From Acidobacteriota bacterium (lineage in GTDB: Bacteria; Acidobacteriota; UBA6911; RPQK01; JAJDTT01): 64,000 nt of DNA. Positions 19,693 through 29,613 of this stretch are shown here, piece after piece. The first letter of the stretch is position 1, and each line of letters begins with the position of its first letter. The notes under the pieces were generated by a model. That model ran no database searches. It was not told where the DNA came from and was given only the letters and a program-made list of their open reading frames with translations. The stretch is from NCBI GenBank assembly GCA_965263035.1, contig OZ253580.1, forward strand, positions 64,001 to 128,000. The letters run 5' to 3'. Position numbers and translations under genes: made by a program.

Positions 19693-21123
19693 TCAGGCCA
19701 TGATGTCCATGATCACGTTGCCGTGGATATCGGTGAGGCGAAAATCCCTTCCCGCGTAGCGATAGGTGAGCTGGGTATGGTCCAGGCCCATGAGGTGCAG
19801 AATGGTGGCGTGCAGATCGTGGATGTGCACCTTGTTCTCCGTGGAGTAGTAGCCGTAGTCGTCGGTGGCGCCGTAGGAAAAGCCGGGCTTCACTCCGCCG
19901 CCGGCCATCCACATGGTGAATCCCTGGGGATTGTGGTCCCGTCCGTCGGACCCCTGTGCCACCGGGGTGCGTCCGAACTCGCCCCCCCAAAGGACCAGCG
20001 TGTCCTGCAACAGGCCCCTCCCCTTGAGGTCCCGGAGCAGACCGGCGATGGGCCTGTCCACTTCCCGGGCGTTCTGGGTGTGATCGCGGCGCAGCCGCCG
20101 GTGCTGATCCCACTTGTAGCTGTGACTCACCTGCACGAAGCGGACCCCCGCCTCGGCCAGACGCCTCGCCATCAGGCACTGGCGGCCGAAATCCTCGGTC
20201 ATCCGGTCGTCCAGGCCGTAGAGCTTCCGGGTGGCGTCGGACTCCAGGGAGAGGTCCTGCAAGCCGGGAGCCTGAGCCTGCATCCGGAAGGCCAGTTCGA
20301 AGGCTTGGATTCGCCCTTCCAGACTTCGGTCGGGTCCGGTCCGGGTCAGTTGCTGCTGGTTCATCTCCCGAATGAAGTCCAAGTGCTTACGCTGGATGTC
20401 TCGCGGGACCTGGTCGTTGGTGATGAACGGGATCCTGGCGTCCTTCGCCTGGATTCGGCTGGTGCCGATGGCGGTGCCGGCGTAGGGAGCGGGGAGGAAC
20501 GCCGAACCGTAGTTGTTGGCTCCACCGTGCCCCTGAGTGGGACAGACGGTGATAAATCCCGGCATGTCCTGATTCTCGCTTCCCAGACCATAGGTGAGCC
20601 AGGAACCGATGCTGGGCCGGACGAAGGTGTCACTGCCGGTGTGCAGTTCCAGCAGGGCCGCTCCGTGACGGGAGTTGGAGGCATGCATGGACTTGATGAA
20701 GCAGAGGTCATCCACGAATTCGGCCACGTGGGGGAAAAGCTCGCTGACCCATTGCCCGCTCTCGCCATACTGCTTGAATGCCCAGGGGGATTTGAGCAGG
20801 TTGAAGGTCTCGCTGGAGACCACCCGTGGACGCTCGTAGGGGAACGGCTTGCCGTGGTCCCGCTGGAGCAGCGGTTTGTAGTCGAAGGTATCGACCTGTG
20901 AGGGACCGCCGTGCATGAAGAGAAAGATGATCCGCTTGGCCCGGGACGGAAAATGGGGCGCTTTCTGGGCCAGAGGGTTGTCGAAATCCCCGGGAACCCG
21001 TGCCTTGGCCTCGTCTGCCAACAGGCCCGCCAGCGCCAGAGAACCGAACCCGCAGCTGCTGGCCTGAAGCATCTCCCGGCGTGAGATCCGGGTCCCCGAC
21101 AGGCTGTTCCAATGTGAGTCCAT
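19693..21123 (-). CDS. DUF1501 family protein
   Basis: SRREML, GGPSQVDTFDYKP, GGEFGRTP. Confidence 0.92.
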   Translation of the reverse strand: MDSHWNSLSGTRISRREMLQASSCGFGSLALAGLLADEAKARVPGDFDNPLAQKAPHFPSRAKRIIFLFMHGGPSQVDTFDYKPLLQRDHGKPFPYERPRVVSSETFNLLKSPWAFKQYGESGQWVSELFPHVAEFVDDLCFIKSMHASNSRHGAALLELHTGSDTFVRPSIGSWLTYGLGSENQDMPGFITVCPTQGHGGANNYGSAFLPAPYAGTAIGTSRIQAKDARIPFITNDQVPRDIQRKHLDFIREMNQQQLTRTGPDRSLEGRIQAFELAFRMQAQAPGLQDLSLESDATRKLYGLDDRMTEDFGRQCLMARRLAEAGVRFVQVSHSYKWDQHRRLRRDHTQNAREVDRPIAGLLRDLKGRGLLQDTLVLWGGEFGRTPVAQGSDGRDHNPQGFTMWMAGGGVKPGFSYGATDDYGYYSTENKVHIHDLHATILHLMGLDHTQLTYRYAGRDFRLTDIHGNVIMDIMA

Positions 21124-21134
21124 GATTCGAACCT

Positions 21135-24100
21135 CTAATTCAGATACACGAATTCACTCGAGGCCATCAATGCCTGGCAGAATCCCTGCCAGGATCGGAG
21201 GCGGCGTTCGCCGGGCTCTTCCACCCGTTCCCCCCAGCTTGCATCGATGCGGGCCACGAACTCCAGGGCCTGCCGGGATTCCTTCTCGTCGGGCAATCGG
21301 CCCAGGGCGCGTTCGTAGGCCACGCGGATCCGCCCGGTTTCGTCCAGGTCTTCCCGGGCCAGGAGCTGCGACGCCATCCGGCGCGAGTTCTGCAGCACGA
21401 GAGTATCGTTCATGATGAACAGGGCCTGGGGAGCCACCACGCTGGCGCCACGATCCCCATCCGTCACCGACGGGTCGGCAAAATCGAACGCCCGCAGGAA
21501 ATCGTACATGGAACTGCGTACCACCGGAAGATAGACCGACCGTCGATTCCAGTCGTAACGGATCCCGGGACGGATGTAAGACCGGCCGTTTTGGCCCAAC
21601 AACGATCCTCCCGGCTCCAGGTCCAGGTTGGCGGAAACGGCCAGGATGGAGTCGCGAAGCGCCTCGGCTTCCAACCGGCGCCGGTTCATCCGCCAAAGCA
21701 AGCGATTCTCAGGATCCTTTCCGGATCCCTCCGGGGAATAGCGGCTGCTCATCCGATACGTGGCCGAAAGCATGATCAGACGGTGCATCCGCTTCAGGGA
21801 CCAGTTCCCCTCCACGAACCGGATCGCCAGCCAGTCGAGCAAATCGGAGTGAGTGGGTGTGTCGCCCAATCGGCCGAAGTTGTCGGTGGAGGCGACGAGG
21901 CCCCGTCCCATGTGCCAGCGCCAGATCCGGTTGACCATGACCCGAGAAGCCAGGGGGTTGTCCTCGCGGGTCATCCAATCCGCCAACTCCAGACGTCCGC
22001 TGAGTGCCGGATCCCGCAGCTGTTCCGCCGATTTGCGACCCAGACCCGGAAAGCCGCGGGGCACCTTCTCTCCCAGGTCCCAGTGGCTGCCGCGCAGATG
22101 GATGGCCAGATCGTCGATCTGCTTGCCCTCGGTGACTCCCATGGCGCTGGGAAGCTCGGGCAGGCCCTCCTCCAACTTCGTCCGCCCCTCTTCCAGGGCC
22201 TCCAGGTCCCGTCGAGCGGCCTCGGGAAAGTACTCGGTGGTCTCCTGGGGCGGCCGAAAGGGCCCCCACTTCTCGTAGAGGATCGCCCTCATGGCTTCCA
22301 GAGCCGGATCCTCCAGCTTGGTCTCTTCGGTCTCGTCGTCGGTCCGAACCGTGCTGAATTTCCTGCCGACGATTTCCCGTTCTCCCACCAACGCCTGCCA
22401 GGCCTCCTCGGCCCGCCGGAACTGCTCCTGGTAGTGGCCGGCCAGCTCCGTCAGGCCGGCCGCCTCAAGATCCTCGAAGAGTCTGGCCGCCGGCGACTGC
22501 CACCCCTCCCACGATTTCTCCTGGGCCAGAGCGTGCCAGGCGTACAGCACCGAATAGGGCGCCCCGTGGCTCCGGCGCAGGCGGTCGATCCACTGCTGCA
22601 GGAAGACCGGATTCAGATCGTCCCGATGGGCCACCTGGATCAGGGTTCTGGGGATGGGAGCTCCGTCCGGAAAGGGATTGGGGGCGAACAGCAGCTTCTC
22701 GAAATAGGGATAGCGGTTCTGGTGCTCCAGTCGGAGTGTGTTGTGTCCGGCGTTCAGGTCGAAGATCCCGGCCACCAGCCAACCGCCCGCATCGGGCGAG
22801 GCCGTCCGGTTTTCGATGGCCTCGATCCCGCGCTTGACCAGGGTGCCGTTGAGGTGGATATCGGCGGTTCCGGCACCCGTCTCGGCTTCCAGAAACTCCA
22901 ACTGGTAGGGGCCGGCGGCGGGGACCTGGACGTCATATTCGGCGAAATAGGCGTCGGGAGGCGCGTCGGAACTCCCGGCGTCGGGGACATTCGTCTTTCC
23001 CTTCTTCAGCTGCCGCTCGACGTTTCCCCGGTCCCAGCTCCCCGCCTCCCGTACGGTGAGGGATTCGGGTTCGGGATTCCGTCCTTCGAACACGCTCCTG
23101 AGCCGGATCTTTTCGTAACCGGCCAACTCCTGCGCGGCCAGCAGATAGGCCCCCACCCGGGTGCGGCCCTCCTGCGCCAGCTTCCGGTTCTCCCGCTTGG
23201 TGATGGCTTCGATGGCCTTGGTCTTGGCCTCGATCTTCTCCCGCTGCTGCTGCAACCGGAGGCGGTCGTCCGCCGGAGCCAGGACGTGCTCATGCCACTC
23301 GGCCACCACCGTGTGGTGTTCCATGGTCTTGGAGCTCCTGAAGATTCCAGCCAGGGAGTAGTAGTCCCGAATCGAGATGGGATCGAACTTGTGGTCGTGA
23401 CAACGGGCGCAGCCCATGGTCAGCCCCAGGAAAGCCCGAAAGCTGGTGTCCAGCTGTTCGTCGATGATGTCCATCCGCATCTTCACGGGGTCGTCTTCCG
23501 CCAGCATCTTGGGACCCAGGGAGAGGAATCCGGTGGCCGTCCAGTGCTCCAGCGTGGTCTCCAGATCACCCGAATCGGGCAGGAGATCTCCCGCCAGTTG
23601 CTCCCGCACGAACAGATCGTAGGGCTTGTCCCGGTTGAAGGCCTGGACCACGTAATCCCGATAGCGGAAGGCAGTCGTATACGCCATGTTCTCGTCCAGC
23701 CCGTTGGAATCGGCGTAGCGGGCCACGTCCAACCAGTGGCGGCCCCAGCGCTCTCCATAGCGGGGCGAGGCCAGGAGACGTTCGATCAGCCGGGAGTAGG
23801 CTCCCGGCGACCGGTCCTGGAGGAAGTCCCGGATCTCTTCGATGGTGGGGGGAAGACCGGTCAAATCGAAGGTGGCCCGCCGAATCAGGGTCCGCCGGTC
23901 GGCGGCCGGGGCCGGCTCCAGCCCCTCGGCTTCCAAGCGGGCCAGTATGAATCGGTCGATGGGAGAACGAACCCAGTCGGCTCGACGGACCGTCGGCCGG
24001 GTGGGTTCCACCGGAGGCTCGAACGCCCAGAAGCTTTCCGTCCCGGAGGTCGTTGGGTCCGGATCGGCAGCCACGCCCCAGGGGGCGCCCATCCGGACCC

Positions 24101-24452
24101 AATCGGTGAGCAGGGCGATTTCCTCATCCGGAAGCCGGCCCGCAAGGGGCATGCGCAGCTTCTCGTCCCGATGGGTGACGGCACGAATCAGCAGACTCGA
24201 CTCGGGGTCGCCGGCGACGACGGGGGACCCGCGGCTGCCTCCCTTCCGGAAGCTCTCTTCCTGGTCCAGGATCAGCCCGCCCATGACCGGCTGGCTGGAG
24301 CTGGAGTGACACGCATAGCAGTGCCGGGCCAGGAGCGGACGGATCTTTTTCTCGAAATACTCGCCGGCGTCCGCCGGACCGGCAATGAGCGGCTGGGAAA
24401 GCAGCACCGCAAGCAGCCACAGCGCAGGAAATCTCCGGTTTCCCAAATCCAT
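21135..24452 (-). CDS. PSD1/DUF1549/DUF1553 cytochrome c protein with a central beta-sandwich (CBM-like) insert
   Basis: [35 protein letters not shown] insert, NRIWRWHMGRG. Confidence 0.9.
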   Translation of the reverse strand: MDLGNRRFPALWLLAVLLSQPLIAGPADAGEYFEKKIRPLLARHCYACHSSSSQPVMGGLILDQEESFRKGGSRGSPVVAGDPESSLLIRAVTHRDEKLRMPLAGRLPDEEIALLTDWVRMGAPWGVAADPDPTTSGTESFWAFEPPVEPTRPTVRRADWVRSPIDRFILARLEAEGLEPAPAADRRTLIRRATFDLTGLPPTIEEIRDFLQDRSPGAYSRLIERLLASPRYGERWGRHWLDVARYADSNGLDENMAYTTAFRYRDYVVQAFNRDKPYDLFVREQLAGDLLPDSGDLETTLEHWTATGFLSLGPKMLAEDDPVKMRMDIIDEQLDTSFRAFLGLTMGCARCHDHKFDPISIRDYYSLAGIFRSSKTMEHHTVVAEWHEHVLAPADDRLRLQQQREKIEAKTKAIEAITKRENRKLAQEGRTRVGAYLLAAQELAGYEKIRLRSVFEGRNPEPESLTVREAGSWDRGNVERQLKKGKTNVPDAGSSDAPPDAYFAEYDVQVPAAGPYQLEFLEAETGAGTADIHLNGTLVKRGIEAIENRTASPDAGGWLVAGIFDLNAGHNTLRLEHQNRYPYFEKLLFAPNPFPDGAPIPRTLIQVAHRDDLNPVFLQQWIDRLRRSHGAPYSVLYAWHALAQEKSWEGWQSPAARLFEDLEAAGLTELAGHYQEQFRRAEEAWQALVGEREIVGRKFSTVRTDDETEETKLEDPALEAMRAILYEKWGPFRPPQETTEYFPEAARRDLEALEEGRTKLEEGLPELPSAMGVTEGKQIDDLAIHLRGSHWDLGEKVPRGFPGLGRKSAEQLRDPALSGRLELADWMTREDNPLASRVMVNRIWRWHMGRGLVASTDNFGRLGDTPTHSDLLDWLAIRFVEGNWSLKRMHRLIMLSATYRMSSRYSPEGSGKDPENRLLWRMNRRRLEAEALRDSILAVSANLDLEPGGSLLGQNGRSYIRPGIRYDWNRRSVYLPVVRSSMYDFLRAFDFADPSVTDGDRGASVVAPQALFIMNDTLVLQNSRRMASQLLAREDLDETGRIRVAYERALGRLPDEKESRQALEFVARIDASWGERVEEPGERRLRSWQGFCQALMASSEFVYLN

Positions 24453-24694
24453 CGAGTCCTCCCCGGACGTGAGGGTATACGCTACCTGATTTTAACATTG
24501 AGAGTCTGAGAAATTCAGCCGCCAAGCCAAGTCCGGACTTTCCCCACAGGAGGGGGGACATCCCTGTCCCCCATTGGCGACTTTCTTGTCGCCTGTTCTT
24601 CTAAGTTCCCATGCGATTCGGTGGCCGGAAAGTGTAGAGTGGGGACTCCGTCCCCCCTAGACCCCCCTAATCGGCGGCAAGAAAGCCGCCGCTC

Positions 24695-25324
24695 GTGCGC
24701 CCGACATGGGCTGTATCTAAGGGATGAAAGATCCCAAGGGAGGTGATGGGACCAACCCTAGCCGAACCGCAAGGCGTAGCCGCGAGGTGAAGCTGAAGGA
24801 AGCGGAAGGCAAACCCACGACCGCAGGAACACGAACCGGCAGTGAGGCCGGGTGCGGGCGGTGATCTGGCGAGCAACAGCGAAACCCGAACCCCATCCAG
24901 ACGTACCAGGTAGAGCCGGGCAGCCCGGGGGGAAAGATGCAGCACCTTACTCGGGGAGATCTCAAGGGTGAGAGCCTTTGAGAAGTCAGCAGAGGTCATA
25001 GTAGCGAAGAAGCCGGATAATGCCGGTGGAGCGAAGGACCGAAGGAGTCGGACTGGCCCTATGGTGGACTCGTCAGCGGGATCGCAACTACCTCCGGAAA
25101 CGGGGCGGGGGGAGGCCCCTCGGACCCGGCACGGAAGGCCCAAGGGTGGAACCCGTCAAGCCGGAAGGGCGGAGATCAAGTCCCAGCGGCGGCGAAAACC
25201 GGAAAGAAAGGCCCTTTACGAGGCTCGAAAGAGCCTCGAGTGACTCCAACCGCCGGATACTGAAAACGGTACGTCCGGTGGTGTGGGAGGGTGCAGGGGC
25301 GCAATCCCCTGCACTCGACCCGAT
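24695..25324 (+). ncRNA. ORF-less group IIC intron, 630 nt
   Basis: 5' GTGCGCCCG; GAGAAGTCAGCAGAGGTCATAGTA (DII/III); DIV stem GGAGTC/GACTCC; short DV AACCGCCGGATAC..GTACGTCCGGTGGT with CGC triad; DVI ending ACCCGAT; inserted just after a hairpin. Confidence 0.9.
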
Positions 25325-25336
25325 CTTTAGAGACCT

Positions 25337-26016
25337 TTTATTATCAATGGCAAAAAATGGGGTCACAATTTGCTATTGATAGCAAAATTTGCATGAAGGA
25401 AGAGTGGGGGACAAGAATGTCCCCCACTTCTGAGAGGTCCTTTTCTGGAAAAGGAGGGGACCGTATTAGGAGGGGACTGTCCCCACTTTACGTGTCCCGT
25501 GTCCATCCATCCGACCGCCGCGCGAGCGGTCAGCGCCCAGGAATCCGGAGCCGGAAGGAGGGAGGCATGAGGGGACCAGGTCCGGCCGCGGGAGCCCCCG
25601 TGGCGGTCGCTCCGCTCCCTTCACGGGGGCTCCCGCGATGTGTGCAATTTTCAGTGGCCATTGACATGTCCTTTATTACGGACTGTCCCCAATTTAGAAG
25701 GAGCACCCACTTTAGGAGGAGTAAGAGCGTATGTAGGAGGGGACTGTCCCTACCTCTATGCGCCCGGGAGGGGACAGTCTGGATCGCGACGAAGCAGTCC
25801 CATTCCCGTGCTCCGGCCTAACCGGAGCGACGTAGGGGCACCCCTTGTGGGTGCCCGCTGTCGTCCCTTACTGAGCGGCCCGGGGACGGCGACCACACGT
25901 AAGGAGGGGACTGTCCCCACTTTAGTAGAGAGTTGGGGGTTAAAAACGCTCGCTCCTAGGGACTATTTTTGCTATCAATAGCAAAAACTCGTTCATTTTT
26001 CGCCATTAATAGCAAA
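25337..26016. repeat. Segment bounded by ~50-bp imperfect inverted repeats, containing GGGGACTGTCCCC repeats and a GTAG-type REP
   Basis: TTGCTATTGATAGCAAAA (25370) vs TTTTGCTATCAATAGCAAAA (25967); AGGAGGGGACTGTCCC at ~25468, 25735, 25902; GTAGGGGCACCCCTTGTGGGTGCCC at 25832. Confidence 0.65.
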
Positions 26017-26209
26017 TTCTGGCGAACACGCTGAGGTTGGACCGGCAGTGGTGGCTTCCCTGCCACCGAATTTTCAATGGAGCTTGGGGGAATGGGCGAC
26101 TGGAAAGTCGCCCCTACTGAGAGGGCCCTTCCTGGAAAAGCGTCTCCGAATCGGGTAAGAATGAAGCCGCTTCCCGGGGACGCGCGCCGTCTCCCCCTCC
26201 GGACTCTCT

Positions 26210-27967
26210 ATGCGATCACGAAAGAGCAGGAAGAAGCCCTCTCTCACCACCGTCCGCTACGCCTTCAAGAAGATCATCTGGCCGCGCCGCAAGCTGCTCC
26301 TGTTGGGATTGGCCCTGATCCTTCTGAACCGCATGGCGGGACTCGCCCTGCCCGCCGCCAGCAAATTCCTCGTCGACGACGTGATCGGAGAGGGGAATAT
26401 CGAGCTGCTCCGGACTCTGCTGGCCGGCGTGACGGTGGCCATCGCGATTCAGTCTTTCAGCTCCTTCTTTCTGACCAAGCTGCTGAGCGTAGAGGCGCAG
26501 CACCTGATTTCCATGCTCCGGGCGCAGGTCCAGCGCCACATCATCAATCTGCCCATCCGGTTCTTCGACAACACCAAGTCGGGCGAGTTGGTCTCCCGGA
26601 TCATGACCGACGTGGAGGGCGTCCGGAACCTGGTCGGCACGGGCCTCGTCCACCTCTGCGGCGGAGTCCTGACCGCCATCGGCTCCCTCTTTTTCCTCTT
26701 CAGAATCAGCGTTCTGATGACGCTCTACACCCTGGTTCCCCTCACCGTCCTCGGGCTGATCTCGCTCAAGGCCTTCGGCCACATCCGGCCCATCTTCCGC
26801 GAAAGGGGCAAGATCACCGCCGACGTCACCGGACGCCTCGCCGAATCCCTGGGCGGCATCCGGGTCATCAAGGGGTTCAGCGCCGAGCGGCAGGAGATCA
26901 GCGTCTTCGAAAAGGGGGTGGCGAGAATCTTCGACAACGTCCGGAAGTCCCTCACCGCCACCAGCCTGGTCACCAGCGCGTCGACCCTGCTTCTGGGCCT
27001 GGCCAGCGTGGGGATCATGGGTCTGGGGAGCTCCATGATCCTGGAAGGCGAGATGACGGTGGGAGACTTCGTCTCCTTCACCCTCTTCCTGGGATTCCTC
27101 ATCACTCCCATCGTGCAGATGGGCAACATCGGCAGCCAGATCACCGAGGCGTTCGCCGGCCTCGACCGGAGCGAAGAGATCCTGACGACGGCTCGGGAGG
27201 ACGACGACCCGGGCCGGACCGTGGTCCTGCCGGACGTGGAAGGCCACATCGTCTTCCAAGACGTGACCTTCTCCTACGAGCCGGGAAACCCGGTGTTGAC
27301 GGAGGTGAGCTTCGACGCTCCGGCCGGGAGCGTGACGGCCCTTGTGGGAAGCTCCGGATCCGGAAAGACCACCCTGGCCGGCCTGGCGGCCTCCTTCCTG
27401 AAGCCGGACCGGGGCCGGGTCCTGGTCGACGGCCGCGACCTGTCCACCGTGACCCTGGAATCGTACCGCTCGCGGCTGGGGGTCGTGCTGCAGGACGACT
27501 TCCTGTACGAGGGGACCATCCGCGAGAACATCCTCTTCGGCCGTCCCCAGGCCAGCGACGAGGAGCTTCTGGAAGCGGTGCGGGCTTCCCACGTCAAGGA
27601 GTTCACCGACCACTTCGACGCGGGACTCGAGACCCTCATCGGAGAGCGGGGCGTGAAGCTCTCGGGAGGCCAGCGCCAGCGGGTCTCCATCGCCCGCGCC
27701 CTGTTGGCCGATCCCAGGATCCTGATCCTGGACGAGGCCACCTCCAACCTGGACACGGAGAGCGAGCTCTACATCCAGCAGAGCCTGACCGGGCTGATGC
27801 AGGGACGCACCACCTTCGTCATCGCCCATCGACTCAGCACCATTCGCCAGGCTCATCAGATCCTGGTGGTGGAGGCGGGCGAGATCGTGGAACGGGGAGA
27901 TCACGAGGAACTGATCCGGCGACAGGGACGCTACTACCAGCTTTACACTTACCAGGCGCGAATCTGA
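26210..27967 (+). CDS. ABC exporter, fused permease/ATPase (MsbA/MdlB-like)
   Basis: GSSGSGKT, LSGGQRQR, ILDEATS. Confidence 0.95.
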   Translation: MRSRKSRKKPSLTTVRYAFKKIIWPRRKLLLLGLALILLNRMAGLALPAASKFLVDDVIGEGNIELLRTLLAGVTVAIAIQSFSSFFLTKLLSVEAQHLISMLRAQVQRHIINLPIRFFDNTKSGELVSRIMTDVEGVRNLVGTGLVHLCGGVLTAIGSLFFLFRISVLMTLYTLVPLTVLGLISLKAFGHIRPIFRERGKITADVTGRLAESLGGIRVIKGFSAERQEISVFEKGVARIFDNVRKSLTATSLVTSASTLLLGLASVGIMGLGSSMILEGEMTVGDFVSFTLFLGFLITPIVQMGNIGSQITEAFAGLDRSEEILTTAREDDDPGRTVVLPDVEGHIVFQDVTFSYEPGNPVLTEVSFDAPAGSVTALVGSSGSGKTTLAGLAASFLKPDRGRVLVDGRDLSTVTLESYRSRLGVVLQDDFLYEGTIRENILFGRPQASDEELLEAVRASHVKEFTDHFDAGLETLIGERGVKLSGGQRQRVSIARALLADPRILILDEATSNLDTESELYIQQSLTGLMQGRTTFVIAHRLSTIRQAHQILVVEAGEIVERGDHEELIRRQGRYYQLYTYQARI

Positions 27968-27985
27968 TGGGTACTATGGGCGTTC

Positions 27986-28357
27986 ATGCCTGCAATCGTG
28001 GCACTTTCAGGCACCCTCATGGCCGTACTGGGAGTCCTGGGACTGGTGCGCCCCGCCGTCCTGATCGAGGTGACGGACCCTTTCCGAAAGGCTCACTCAA
28101 GCCTCTACCTGGCCGCCGGGATCCGGCTGCTGGTCGGCATCGCCTTGATCCAGGCCGCTCCCGAATCCCGCTTTCCCCAGGCACTCCGGATCTTGGGTTG
28201 GCTGCTGCTGGGGATCGCCGTCCTCATCCTTCTCTTGGGGTCGGGGCGTCTCAGTCGTCTCGCCGACTGGTGGATGGCGGCCTCGGAGCGGATCATCCGG
28301 GTCTGGTCGCTGGTGACCGCGCTCCTGGGAGTACTGCTCCTCTACTCGGTTTCGTGA
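27986..28357 (+). CDS. Small membrane protein
   Basis: 4 hydrophobic segments, in operon context. Confidence 0.7.
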   Translation: MPAIVALSGTLMAVLGVLGLVRPAVLIEVTDPFRKAHSSLYLAAGIRLLVGIALIQAAPESRFPQALRILGWLLLGIAVLILLLGSGRLSRLADWWMAASERIIRVWSLVTALLGVLLLYSVS

Positions 28358-28365
28358 GCTGAGCG

Positions 28366-29613
28366 ATGCAGTTGGGCGATGCCAGAGCAGGCACTCCGCG
28401 AATCGGTCTGGTCTTCGGCGTCGCCTTGGCCAACTACCTGGCCCACGCGCTCATTCGCTACAGCACTCCCTTGTACTTCAGCGCCCTCGACTATCCGAAG
28501 GACGCTTACGAAACGTTCAGCTTCTATTGGCTGGTCGCCTTCATCGTAGGCTCGACCTTCTCGGGACTGCTGGCGTCCCGATTCGACGAGCGCAACGTCT
28601 GGTCCGGCGGGGTCGCCGGGTTCGCCGGGCTGGGTCTGCTGCTGATCTTCATTCCCGGCTACTGGGTGGTTCCTTTTGCGGGGCTGCTCTACGGGATCAC
28701 GGCCGCCGCACAATGGGTCGGGGCCATGGCCCTGGTCCAGACCGCGGCGCCGGGCAAACGAGGACGGGCCAACGCCCTGCTGATGATCGCACTCGGAGGC
28801 GGCAGCTTCATAGGAGCTCCACTGGGCGCGGCGCTTCTGAACTGGACCTCCAGCGGGGATCCAACACCCGGCGACTTCGTGCTCCTGTTATGGTTCCACA
28901 CCGCCCTCTGCCTTGCGGCAGCCCTGCTGATCCGGACCGTGGCGAGACACCGGGGGCCGGTTCGCCGCCAGCGGGTCAAGGAGAGCTGGAAGACCAACTT
29001 CTCGCTGTTGCGAATGCCCCGTTACCTGGCCATGGTGATCCCGTTGAGCCTGATGGGCGGTCCGGTCTTCCAGACCGTCAACATCTACCTGCCGTACCGG
29101 GCGGAGGCTCCGGAGATCGCACTGAAGGTGGGCGCCATGGACCAGGGGTGGTCCATGCTCCTCACCGCCGGCTACGGCATGCAGTTCCTGGGCGGTCTCT
29201 TCATCATGCTCATCGCCGGGAAGAGGGCCGGCGCCCTCATGGCAGCGGCGGTGCTGGGAGGTTACGCCGTCTGTAGTCTGGGCATCGGACTGTCAGACTA
29301 CGTCTACGGCGTGGTGATTTTCACCGCGTTGTTCGAATTCCTGAGGCAACTCATGCGCTGGTCCCAGACCGGCTACATCACCGAGCACATGCCCATCGGG
29401 TTGCGAGGTCCCGCCATCGGGTTCTCCACCACTCTGAGCGGCCTCAGTTCCACTCTGTTCGCCATCTTGATGAGGAATCTGCAGTCACCGGACAGCCCCG
29501 ACTTCTCCTCTTCCCTGCCCTTCCTTGTGGGCGGGTCCATTGGCCTGACCGGGGCCGTGCTGCTGTTGCTTGCTCACTACACCATATTGAAGCCAAAGGA
29601 GAACCATCGCTGA
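28366..29613 (+). CDS. MFS transporter
   Basis: About 12 TM; GLLASRFDER, RGRANAL. Confidence 0.8.
   Translation: MQLGDARAGTPRIGLVFGVALANYLAHALIRYSTPLYFSALDYPKDAYETFSFYWLVAFIVGSTFSGLLASRFDERNVWSGGVAGFAGLGLLLIFIPGYWVVPFAGLLYGITAAAQWVGAMALVQTAAPGKRGRANALLMIALGGGSFIGAPLGAALLNWTSSGDPTPGDFVLLLWFHTALCLAAALLIRTVARHRGPVRRQRVKESWKTNFSLLRMPRYLAMVIPLSLMGGPVFQTVNIYLPYRAEAPEIALKVGAMDQGWSMLLTAGYGMQFLGGLFIMLIAGKRAGALMAAAVLGGYAVCSLGIGLSDYVYGVVIFTALFEFLRQLMRWSQTGYITEHMPIGLRGPAIGFSTTLSGLSSTLFAILMRNLQSPDSPDFSSSLPFLVGGSIGLTGAVLLLLAHYTILKPKENHR

Noticed and set aside
21591-24509. Long antisense ORFs (972 aa here; also 40579-43509, 59592-63404, 2824-4527)
   Set aside because: Shadow frames of well-supported GC-rich genes on the opposite strand
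24667-25379. Short ORFs over the intron as an intron-encoded protein
   Set aside because: No YADD or other RT motifs; the sequence is explained by ribozyme structure
25400-25930. Possible CRISPR array of GGGGACTGTCCCC repeats
   Set aside because: Spacing is irregular, repeats are degenerate, and no cas genes are present
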